Assembly (NCBI GenBank): GCA_039798785.1
Contig: JBDKFG010000005.1
Coordinates: 32,723-96,722, forward strand
DNA length: 64,000 nucleotides
From: Verrucomicrobiota bacterium
Lineage (GTDB): Bacteria > Verrucomicrobiota > Lentisphaeria > Lentisphaerales > Lentisphaeraceae
Reading direction: 5' to 3'
Every line of letters starts with the position of its first letter. Positions within the stretch are counted from its first letter, which is position 1. The position numbers and the translations under genes were made by a program. Under the pieces are notes generated by a model. The model had not been told where the DNA came from. It saw only the letters and a list, made by a program, of their open reading frames with translations, and made no database searches. This document shows positions 56,363 to 64,000 of this stretch, in pieces.

Positions 56363-59290
56363 ATGACCGATTTCTCCCAGCTCCGCGCCCAGCTCGCCGG
56401 CGAGATCCGCGACGACGCCGCCACGCTCGCCATCTACGCCACCGACGCCAGCGTCTACCAGGTCAGGCCGCTCGCCGTCGCCTTCCCCAAATCCGCCGAC
56501 GACTGCCGCAAGATCGTCGCCTTCTGCCGCGATCACCGCATCCCGGTCACCGGACGCGGCGGCGGCACCTCGCTCTCCGGCCAGGCCATCGGACCGGGCA
56601 TCGTCATCGACTTCTCGCGCCACATGAACCGCATCCTCGAGATCGACGCCGAACGCGGCCTGGTCCGCGTCGAGCCGGGCGTCATCCTCGACGAACTGAA
56701 CAAGAAGGTCGCTCCCACCGGACGCTACTTCGTGCCGGACCCCGCGACGATGAGCCGCTGCAGCATCGGCGGCATGGTCGGCAACAACTCCTGCGGCCGC
56801 CGCTCGCTCCTCCTCGGCCGCACCTCGGACTCCACCGAGAGCCTGCAAGTCCTCCTCGCCGACGGCACGGAATTCACCACCCGCCGGATGGACCGCACGG
56901 AGTGGGACGCCGCCTGCCAGCGCCCCGGCCGCGAAGGGGAGATCTACCGCGACTTCACCGCCATCGTCGAGCGTCAGCGCGACGAGATCGAGGCGCGCTT
57001 CCCCAAGCTCTCCCGCCTCGTCGCCGGCTACGCCCTCAACTCCTTCCTCGGCGAGGAACGCAGCCTCTCCGACCTCCTCTGCGGCAGCGAAGGCACCCTC
57101 GGCCTGGTCCTCGAGGCCACCCTCCGCCTCACGGTGCTGCCCAAGGAGACCTCGGTGGTGGTCCTCGGCTTCGATTCGCTCGATGACGCGCTGCGGCCGC
57201 TGCCGATCATGATGGAGCACCAGCCGGCCGCCATCGAGCTGATGGACGACACGGTGATCGGCGAGGCGCTGCGCAACGCCTCGACCCGCGACATCGCCGC
57301 CTTCCTCGTCGCCGGCGGCAAGGCGCCGCACTCGGTCCACCTCGTCGAATTCCTCGGCGACACGCGGGAGGAGGTCGCCGGCAAGGCCCGCGCCTTCGTC
57401 GCCGCGATGAAGGAGAAGGGCATCGGCAGCCAGCACCACCTCTGCCTCGACGCCGCCGAGCAGCACCGCGCCTGGGAGGTCCGCCGCCTCAGCCTCGGCC
57501 TGATCTCCAACGTGCCGGGCAAGCGCAAGGGGGTGTCGACCATCGAGGACGCCTGCGTGCCGATCGAGCACCTCGCCGACTACAGCCGCTTCGTCTTCGA
57601 CTGCTGCCACCGCCACGGCCTGCACACCGCCACCTACGCCCACGCCTCGGTCGGCGTCCTCCACTTCGAGGCCCGCCTCGACCTGCACGAACCGGAAGAC
57701 CGCGCCAAGCTCCGCGCCCTCGGCGAGGAATGCTTCGCCGAATGCCTCCGCCTGGGCGGCGTCTTCTCCGGCGAACACGGCGACGGCATCGTCCGCGGCG
57801 AGTTCGTCGAACGCCAGTTCGGCTCGCGCCTCTTCATGGCCTTCCGCGAGGTCAAATCGCTCTTCGACCCGCTCAACCTGATGAACCCCGGCCGCAAGCT
57901 CGACGCCCTGCCTCTCGACGGGCCGCTGCGCTACGGCGACAGCTCCGGCAGCCCGGCCGGCGCGCCCAAGGACTACCCGCAGCGGGTCGCCGGCGTCCAG
58001 GGACTCTTCCGCTACGGCGAACAGGAGGGCCTCGCCGGCGCGGTCGAGCAGTGCAACGGCGTCGGCGCCTGCCGCAAGCTCGGCAGCGGCAACATGTGCC
58101 CGAGTTTCCGCGCCACCAACGACGAGGCGCACGCCACCCGCGGCCGCGCCAACGCCCTGCGCATGGCGATCTCGGGCCAGCTCGGTGTCAAGAGCGGCGC
58201 CGCCGGCCTCGCCGACCCGGCGCTGCACGAAACCCTCGAGCTCTGCCTCTCTTGCAAAGCCTGCAAATCGGAATGCCCCAACGCCGTCGACATGGCCAAG
58301 CTCAAAAGCGAGGCGCTGCAGGCGAAATGGGACGCCGAAGGGGTCTCGCCCAAGGCCCGCCTGATCGGCGACCTGCCCACTCGCGCCGGCCAGTTCGGCG
58401 GCACCTTCCTCGGCAAGATCGGCACCGCCCTCAGCAAGACCGGCCTGGTCCGCCGCCTGATGGCCTCGCGCTACGGCATCGACCGCCGCCGCGAACTGCC
58501 CGAGATGGCGCCTCGCAATCTCGACCAGCTCCTCCGCGACCAGGGCCTGCCCTCGGGCAAAGGCAGCCGCAAGGTCGCCCTCTTCGCCGACACCTGGTCG
58601 CGCTTTTTCGAACCGGAGATCGGCCTCGCCGCGGTCGAACTGCTCGAATCCTGCGGCTTCGCCGTCACCCTCACCCGCTCGCACGACGCCCAGCGCCCCC
58701 GCCTCTCCGCCGGCCTGGTGCGCGAGGCCAAGCAGCACGGCGCCGCGGTCTTCGCCGAGCTGCGTCAGCTCCATGCCGCCGGCATTCCCGTTCTCTGCAT
58801 CGAACCCTCCGAGGCCTCGGCCCTGGTCGACGACCTGCCCGACCTGCTCGACGAGACGCCCGGCCAGCCGACGCTGCAGCAGGTCGCCGCCAATGTCCGC
58901 CTGATCGACGACTTCCTCGCGACCGAAATCGAGCGGGGACTCCAGCTCCGCCCGAAGGAAAGCGCCGGCTCGCTGATGCTGCACCCGCACTGCCACCAGC
59001 GCGCCCTCTTCACCGCCGCCTCGCCGAAGAAGATCCTCGAGGCCGCCGGCTTCGCGGTCAGCGCACCGGAAACCGGCTGCTGCGGCATGGCCGGCTCCTT
59101 CGGCTACGCCCACCACGAGCTGTCGCAGAAGATCGGCGAAGACCGCCTCTTCCCCGCCGTCCGCGCCGCCAAAAAAGAAGGCCGCGCGATCGTCGCCACC
59201 GGCAGCTCCTGCCGCCAGCAGTTGCACGACTTCACCCGCACCGAGGCGCGCCACTGGGTGCAGCTGGTGCGCGGAACGCAAAAGGCCTGA
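56363..59290 (+). CDS. FAD-linked, 4Fe-4S-containing 2-hydroxyacid oxidoreductase (GlcD/GlpC fusion, YdiJ-like)
   Basis: RGGGTSLSGQ, GGMVGNNSCG, GEHGDG, CLSCKACKSECP, CCGMAGSFG. Confidence 0.92.
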   Translation: MTDFSQLRAQLAGEIRDDAATLAIYATDASVYQVRPLAVAFPKSADDCRKIVAFCRDHRIPVTGRGGGTSLSGQAIGPGIVIDFSRHMNRILEIDAERGLVRVEPGVILDELNKKVAPTGRYFVPDPATMSRCSIGGMVGNNSCGRRSLLLGRTSDSTESLQVLLADGTEFTTRRMDRTEWDAACQRPGREGEIYRDFTAIVERQRDEIEARFPKLSRLVAGYALNSFLGEERSLSDLLCGSEGTLGLVLEATLRLTVLPKETSVVVLGFDSLDDALRPLPIMMEHQPAAIELMDDTVIGEALRNASTRDIAAFLVAGGKAPHSVHLVEFLGDTREEVAGKARAFVAAMKEKGIGSQHHLCLDAAEQHRAWEVRRLSLGLISNVPGKRKGVSTIEDACVPIEHLADYSRFVFDCCHRHGLHTATYAHASVGVLHFEARLDLHEPEDRAKLRALGEECFAECLRLGGVFSGEHGDGIVRGEFVERQFGSRLFMAFREVKSLFDPLNLMNPGRKLDALPLDGPLRYGDSSGSPAGAPKDYPQRVAGVQGLFRYGEQEGLAGAVEQCNGVGACRKLGSGNMCPSFRATNDEAHATRGRANALRMAISGQLGVKSGAAGLADPALHETLELCLSCKACKSECPNAVDMAKLKSEALQAKWDAEGVSPKARLIGDLPTRAGQFGGTFLGKIGTALSKTGLVRRLMASRYGIDRRRELPEMAPRNLDQLLRDQGLPSGKGSRKVALFADTWSRFFEPEIGLAAVELLESCGFAVTLTRSHDAQRPRLSAGLVREAKQHGAAVFAELRQLHAAGIPVLCIEPSEASALVDDLPDLLDETPGQPTLQQVAANVRLIDDFLATEIERGLQLRPKESAGSLMLHPHCHQRALFTAASPKKILEAAGFAVSAPETGCCGMAGSFGYAHHELSQKIGEDRLFPAVRAAKKEGRAIVATGSSCRQQLHDFTRTEARHWVQLVRGTQKA

Positions 59291-59292
59291 CC

Positions 59293-60249
59293 ATGGAAGC
59301 CCTCACCCAGTCCCCGATGCTCCTCGGCGAAGGCCCGCTCTGGCACGAAAACGGCCTGATCTGGGTCGATATCGCCGCCGGCGAGGTCTGGCGCCACGAT
59401 TCCTGCGGGCTCCGCAAACTGGCCAATGACGCGAAATTGACCTCGATCGTACCCGGCCGCGACGGCAATTTCTACGCCACCAGCGAGACCTCCTTCTGCC
59501 GCTGGAATCCGGCCGATGGCAGGATCGAAAACATCGGCGGCTTCCGGCTTTGCGATCCCCGCATCCGCTTCAACGACGGCAAGGCCGACCCCTTCGGCAA
59601 CTACTGGGCCGGCACGATGGACCGCGACTGCCAGGAGACCCTCGGCAGCCTCTACCTGCTCAGCCCCGGCGGCGAGGTCAGGCAGATGCTCGCCGGCGTC
59701 GGCATCTCCAACGGCCTCGCCTGGTCGGCCGACGGCGCCACGCTCTACTTCATCGACTCCCTCCGCCGCCGCGTCGAGGCCTTCGACTTCGACCCGCAGC
59801 GCCTCGAAATCAGCCGCCGCCGCACGGTGCTGGAGATCCCCGGTGAAGCCCTGCCCGACGGCATGTGCATCGACCGCGACGGCCTCCTCTGGGTCGCGCT
59901 GTGGAACGGCGGCGAAGTGATCGCCATCGACCCGGTAAAATCCGTCATCGTCCACCGCCTGCCCGTCCCGGCCTGGAATGTCACCTCCTGCTGCTTCGGC
60001 GGCGCCGAACTCGACCAGCTCTTCATCACCACCGCCTCGATCGAAAACCCGCCCGGCAAGACCGCCAGACACCCCGCCGGCGGCCAGATCTTCCGCTGCC
60101 GCCCCGGCGCCATCGGCCTGCCGGCCGATGGCTATGCTCCCCTGGGAACGCGCCAGTCCTCTGGCGCAACGGCTTTCGCCCAAGGCGAAAGCGCTAAGGT
60201 CAGCGGCAGGGGACTGCCGCGCTCCCAGGCCGAGACTCCCTTTTTTTAA
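59293..60249 (+). CDS. SMP-30/gluconolactonase-family sugar lactonase
   Basis: LGEGPLW, RFNDGKAD, SNGLAWS, PDGMCID; tail encoded by a REP doublet. Confidence 0.92.
   Translation: MEALTQSPMLLGEGPLWHENGLIWVDIAAGEVWRHDSCGLRKLANDAKLTSIVPGRDGNFYATSETSFCRWNPADGRIENIGGFRLCDPRIRFNDGKADPFGNYWAGTMDRDCQETLGSLYLLSPGGEVRQMLAGVGISNGLAWSADGATLYFIDSLRRRVEAFDFDPQRLEISRRRTVLEIPGEALPDGMCIDRDGLLWVALWNGGEVIAIDPVKSVIVHRLPVPAWNVTSCCFGGAELDQLFITTASIENPPGKTARHPAGGQIFRCRPGAIGLPADGYAPLGTRQSSGATAFAQGESAKVSGRGLPRSQAETPFF
60141..60229. repeat. Inverted REP doublet with central hairpin, inside the lactonase ORF
   Basis: cctgggaac-gcgccag-tcct-ctggcgc / gctttcgcc-caa-ggcgaaagc / gcggcag-ggga-ctgccgc-gctcccagg. Confidence 0.85.
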
Positions 60250-60264
60250 CCCAGGAGACATCGC

Positions 60265-61068
60265 ATGAGATTCCAAGGAAAGACCGTCCTCGTCACCGGC
60301 GCCGCCAGCGGCATCGGCTATGAAATCTGCCGCCAGTTCGCCCTCGAGGGCGCCACCGTCGGCCTCAGCTCGCGCAATCCGCAAACCACGGCGGAGGCGG
60401 CGGAGAAGATCAACGCCGAGCTCGGTCGCAAAGCCGTGCTGCCCTATCCCTGCGACGTCGGCGACTGCGACGGCATCGTCGCCCTCGTCCACCGCTTCGC
60501 CCAGGAGCAGGGCGGCCTTGACATCTACATGGCCAACGCCGGCATCACCTCCTTCGCCCCCTTCCTCGAAGAGACCCGCGACAGCTTCGACAATCTGATG
60601 GCGGTGAACATGAAGGGCACCTACTTCTCGGTCCAGGCCGCAGCCAAGGAGATGATCGCCCGCAAGACCGCCGGACGCATCATCCTGATGAGCTCGGTCA
60701 CCGGCTTCCAGTCGCACCGCAACCTCAGCGCCTACGCGATGACCAAGGCCGCCACCCGCATGCTCGCCAAGAACCTCGCCGACGAACTCGGCTGCCACGG
60801 CATCACCGTCAACGTCGTCGCCCCCGGCGCCACCACCAGCGAACGCACCGTGACCGACCCGCAATACGCCGCCGGCTGGGCCGAGGTCAGCCCCGCCTGC
60901 CGCGTCGGCGACTGCGAGGACGTCGCGCACAGCGTCCTCTTCCTCGCCGACGCCAAGTCGCGCCACATCACCGGCGAAGTGATCATGATCGACGGCGGCT
61001 GGACCACCACCAGCCCGCTGCCCCGCCACCTTCAGGAGGAGCTGGGCAACAAGAGCTCGAGAGGATGA
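60265..61068 (+). CDS. Short-chain dehydrogenase/reductase
   Basis: TGAASGIG, NAG, YAMTK. Confidence 0.93.
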   Translation: MRFQGKTVLVTGAASGIGYEICRQFALEGATVGLSSRNPQTTAEAAEKINAELGRKAVLPYPCDVGDCDGIVALVHRFAQEQGGLDIYMANAGITSFAPFLEETRDSFDNLMAVNMKGTYFSVQAAAKEMIARKTAGRIILMSSVTGFQSHRNLSAYAMTKAATRMLAKNLADELGCHGITVNVVAPGATTSERTVTDPQYAAGWAEVSPACRVGDCEDVAHSVLFLADAKSRHITGEVIMIDGGWTTTSPLPRHLQEELGNKSSRG

Positions 61069-62999
61069 GCGCCATGCCCGACTTCTTCTCCCTCTCGCCC
61101 GCCGCGCAGCAGGTGCGCAGCAAGGCGCCCGCCCGTCAGGAGCCGCTGCCGCTGACCCCCGAGCAGCTGCGCAGCGCCCCCAGCGGCGAGCTCTTCGGCA
61201 TGGCCCAGGACGCCGGCATGGGCTGGAAGGCCGCGGGCACCAACGCCGAGCAGGTGCTGCTGCTCTCCACCATCGGCGGCATCCGCAAGCCCGACGGCTC
61301 GCCCCTCGCCCTCGGCTACCACACCGGCCACTGGGAGCTGTCGCTGCTCGTCGAAGAGGCGGCGACGCGTCTCGCCGAGGCCGGCTGCATGCCCTTCGCG
61401 GCGCACTGCTCCGACCCCTGCGACGGCCGCTCGCAGGGCACCGACGCGATGATGGACAGCCTGCCGTACCGCAACAGCGCCGCCGAGACGATGGCGCGCC
61501 TGATCCGCTCGCTGCCGCGTTCGCGCTCGGTGATCGGCGTCGCCACCTGCGACAAGGGACTGCCGGCGATGATGATGGCCCTCGCCGAATGCTCCGACCA
61601 CTTCGGCCTGATCCTGCCCGGCGGCTCCTCGCTGCCGCCCGATCGCGGCGAAGATGCCGGCGCGGTGCAGTCGATCGGCGCCCGCTTCTCGCACGGCGAA
61701 CTCACCCTCAAGGAAGCCGCCCAGCTCGGCTGCGCCGCCTGCGCCTCGCCCGGCGGCGGCTGCCAGTTCCTCGGCACCGCCGCCTCCTCGCAGGTCATTG
61801 CCGAAGCCCTCGGCCTCGCCCTGCCGCACAGCGCCCTCGCGCCCTCCGGCGAACAGGTCTGGCTCGACCTCGCCACCCAGTCCGCCACCGCCCTGCTCAA
61901 CCTCAAGAGCAAGGGCATCACCATCGCCGACATCCTCACCGATAAAGCGGTCCACAACGCCATGGTCGTCCACTGCGCCTTCGGCGGCTCGACCAACATC
62001 CTCCTCCACCTTCCCGCCATCGCCTTCGCCGCCGGACGCCGCCGTCCAACCGCCGCCGAGTGGGAGGCGGTCAACCTCAAGGTGCCGCGCCTCGTCGACG
62101 CCCTGCCCAACGGCCCGGCCAACCACGTCACGGTGCAGGTCTTCCTCGCCGGCGGCGTGCCGGAAGTGATGCTCCACCTGCGCGACCTCGGCCTGCTCCA
62201 CCTCGACGTCCTCACCGCCACCGGCGAGACCCTCGGCGCCAACCTCGAGAAATGGGAGAATTGCGCCCGCCGCAAGCTCCTCCGCCAGCGCCTCGTCGAG
62301 CTCGACGGCGTCGATCCCGACAAGGTCATCGTCGCGCCGGAGAAGGGCTTCGCCCGCACCGTCATCTTCCCCCGCGGCAACCTCTGCCCGGAAGGCTCGC
62401 TGGTGAAGAGCACCGCGATCAATCCGGCGCTGTTCAAAGACGGCGTCTACCGCCACCGCGGCCCGGCCCGCGTCTTCTGCTCCGAGGAGGAGGCGATCCG
62501 CGCCGTCAAGGGCCAGGACAAGCCGCTCCTGCCCGGCGAGGTGATCGTGCTGCTCTGCCGCGGCCCCCTCGGCGCCGGCATGCCCGAAACCGCCCAGATC
62601 ACCATCGCCCTGAAATACACCAAGGCGCTGAAGGACAACGTGCTCCTCACCGACGGCCGCTTCTCCGGCTTCTCCAGCGGCCCCTGCATCGGCCACATCG
62701 GACCCGAAGCCCTCGCCGGCGGCCCGGTCGGACGCCTGCGCGACGGCGACCTGCTCGACATCGTCCTCGACCAGACGCTCTGCCAGGGCGGCATCAACCT
62801 GATCGGCCCCGACGGCGAAGTTGCCAGCGGCACGGCCCTCCTCGCCTCGCGGACGCCGCATCCCGGCCTCCGCCCCGACCCCCGCCTGCCCGCCTCGGTC
62901 AAGCTCTGGGCCGCCCTGCAGCAGGCCTCCGGCGGCACCTGGGCCGGCTGCGTCGCCGATCCTGAAGCGATCTGCGGCAAGCTGGGAAGAGGTCTTTGA
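61065..62999 (+). CDS. YjhG/YagF-family D-xylonate dehydratase (IlvD/Edd superfamily)
   Basis: LGYHTGHWE, SDPCDGRSQG, CDKGLPA, GGGCQFLGTA, TDGRFSG. Confidence 0.9.
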   Translation: MSAMPDFFSLSPAAQQVRSKAPARQEPLPLTPEQLRSAPSGELFGMAQDAGMGWKAAGTNAEQVLLLSTIGGIRKPDGSPLALGYHTGHWELSLLVEEAATRLAEAGCMPFAAHCSDPCDGRSQGTDAMMDSLPYRNSAAETMARLIRSLPRSRSVIGVATCDKGLPAMMMALAECSDHFGLILPGGSSLPPDRGEDAGAVQSIGARFSHGELTLKEAAQLGCAACASPGGGCQFLGTAASSQVIAEALGLALPHSALAPSGEQVWLDLATQSATALLNLKSKGITIADILTDKAVHNAMVVHCAFGGSTNILLHLPAIAFAAGRRRPTAAEWEAVNLKVPRLVDALPNGPANHVTVQVFLAGGVPEVMLHLRDLGLLHLDVLTATGETLGANLEKWENCARRKLLRQRLVELDGVDPDKVIVAPEKGFARTVIFPRGNLCPEGSLVKSTAINPALFKDGVYRHRGPARVFCSEEEAIRAVKGQDKPLLPGEVIVLLCRGPLGAGMPETAQITIALKYTKALKDNVLLTDGRFSGFSSGPCIGHIGPEALAGGPVGRLRDGDLLDIVLDQTLCQGGINLIGPDGEVASGTALLASRTPHPGLRPDPRLPASVKLWAALQQASGGTWAGCVADPEAICGKLGRGL

Positions 63000-63892
63000 T
63001 GAAGAGCTGCGTCCATCTCCGCAGCGAGTTCCTGCGGATGACCGTGCTCAGCCGCGGCGGCATCATCGCCAGCCTGGAGTATCTCCGGGCGGGCCAAGCC
63101 CCCTTGCAGCTCGTCCTTGCGCCCCCCGCAGATCTCGTCTCGAACCCCTGGTACGTGAACGCCTTCGTCGGCCCCTTCGCTAACCGGGTGAGCTCGCCGC
63201 ACTTCGAAGTCGAGGGGGAACGCTACGAGATCCCCGCCCACCCCGAGACCGGCACTCTCCACGGCGGGCGACTAGGTTTCTCCTACCGCGATTTCGAGCT
63301 TCACCAGATCAACGAGGGCGAAGCCCTGCTGCGGCTCGAGATCCCGCACCGCTGCGACGGCTTCCCGGGAAATCGGCGCCTCGAGCTGCTTTACCGTCTC
63401 GAGGGCGCCACGCTGCACATCGGCAGCCGCCTGACCAGCGACCGCCTCACTCCGGCGAACCTGACGCATCACGCCTATTTCAACCTCAACGGGCGCGACT
63501 CCGGCAGCGTCGACGGCCATCGCCTCCAGCTCCACGCCTCCCGTCTCCTCGAGACCCGTGACGGCCTGCCCACCGGACGCCTGCTCGGCGTGGACGGAAC
63601 AGACCCTTGCGACTTCCGCAACAGCCGTCCGCTGGGCTCCGTCGAGCACGACCAGTGCTACCTCCTCGAGCAGCCCCTCGCCGCCCGCATTTGCGGCGAT
63701 CGCAGCGGCCTGTCGCTGGAGCTCAGCACCGACGCCCCCTGCCTTCAGCTCTTCAACGCCGGCGGCCTCGGCCGCTCCGCCTTCTGCCTCGAGGCGCAAG
63801 GCTGGCTCGACTCCCTGCACCGGCCGGAATTCCCCTCCTGCCTCAGCCGCGACCAGCGCCAGCAATGCCGCTTCAGCTTCTCGATCCCGTAA
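62999..63892 (+). CDS. galM: Aldose 1-epimerase (mutarotase)
   Basis: [31 protein letters not shown]. Confidence 0.88.
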   Translation: MKSCVHLRSEFLRMTVLSRGGIIASLEYLRAGQAPLQLVLAPPADLVSNPWYVNAFVGPFANRVSSPHFEVEGERYEIPAHPETGTLHGGRLGFSYRDFELHQINEGEALLRLEIPHRCDGFPGNRRLELLYRLEGATLHIGSRLTSDRLTPANLTHHAYFNLNGRDSGSVDGHRLQLHASRLLETRDGLPTGRLLGVDGTDPCDFRNSRPLGSVEHDQCYLLEQPLAARICGDRSGLSLELSTDAPCLQLFNAGGLGRSAFCLEAQGWLDSLHRPEFPSCLSRDQRQQCRFSFSIP

Positions 63893-63908
63893 ACCCAGGA
63901 GAAAAGCC

Positions 63909-64000
63909 ATGCCCGTCCAAGCCTTCGACCCGAAATTCCTCAAGATCAGCGTCCTCACCGCCGCCCTACAGGAACTCACCCCGCGCTCCGTCCGCGACGC
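63909..64000 (+). CDS. Partial CDS, possibly sugar phosphate isomerase/epimerase (runs off window)
   Basis: [39 protein letters not shown]; family call from recall only. Confidence 0.5.
   Translation, partial: MPVQAFDPKFLKISVLTAALQELTPRSVRD

Noticed and set aside
56141..59281. 1046-aa minus-strand ORF and similar long antisense ORFs (19166-21325, 24606-26624, 29236-31137, 33006-34823)
   Set aside because: Shadows of well-supported genes caused by high-GC codon bias; no motifs
57730..60249. Apparent long N-terminal extensions or fusions in the ORF track (also 48428-50233, 42433-44733, 30408-31748, 16904-18022)
   Set aside because: Upstream parts are off-frame reads through neighbouring genes; real starts are at 59293, 49061, 43318, 31365 and 17852

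Overview
GC-rich bacterial chromosome segment. DUF1501 remnants, DUF1559-like membrane proteins and a sulfatase suggest a PVC-superphylum organism (inference). It carries a homogentisate pathway (hppD, hmgA, FAH-family gene, maiA), hrpB, an MlaD protein, a riboflavin synthase fusion, prmC/queF/gmk, a UbiD-family gene, hisB, thiC, proS, sufS, queG, pyrD, flhF/flhG, comEC, a MoxR ATPase and an oxidative pentose-type catabolic cluster. I saw no CRISPR array, rRNA, tRNA or transposase gene. The most striking unexplained structure is non-coding. Many gene junctions hold either GGAG/GTGG-hairpin REP-like elements or degenerate short tandem arrays (7, 8, 9, 10 or 11 bp periods) that often contain the upstream stop codon. 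In two places inverted pairs of these repeats bracket lower-GC orphan genes inside the tyrosine-catabolism operon, suggesting repeat-mediated capture of gene cassettes. Unusual proteins include a ferritin-like DUF455/ATP-grasp fusion behind queG and riboflavin synthase fused to an apparently inactive RibB domain. Family calls come from motif recognition by eye, without database searches.
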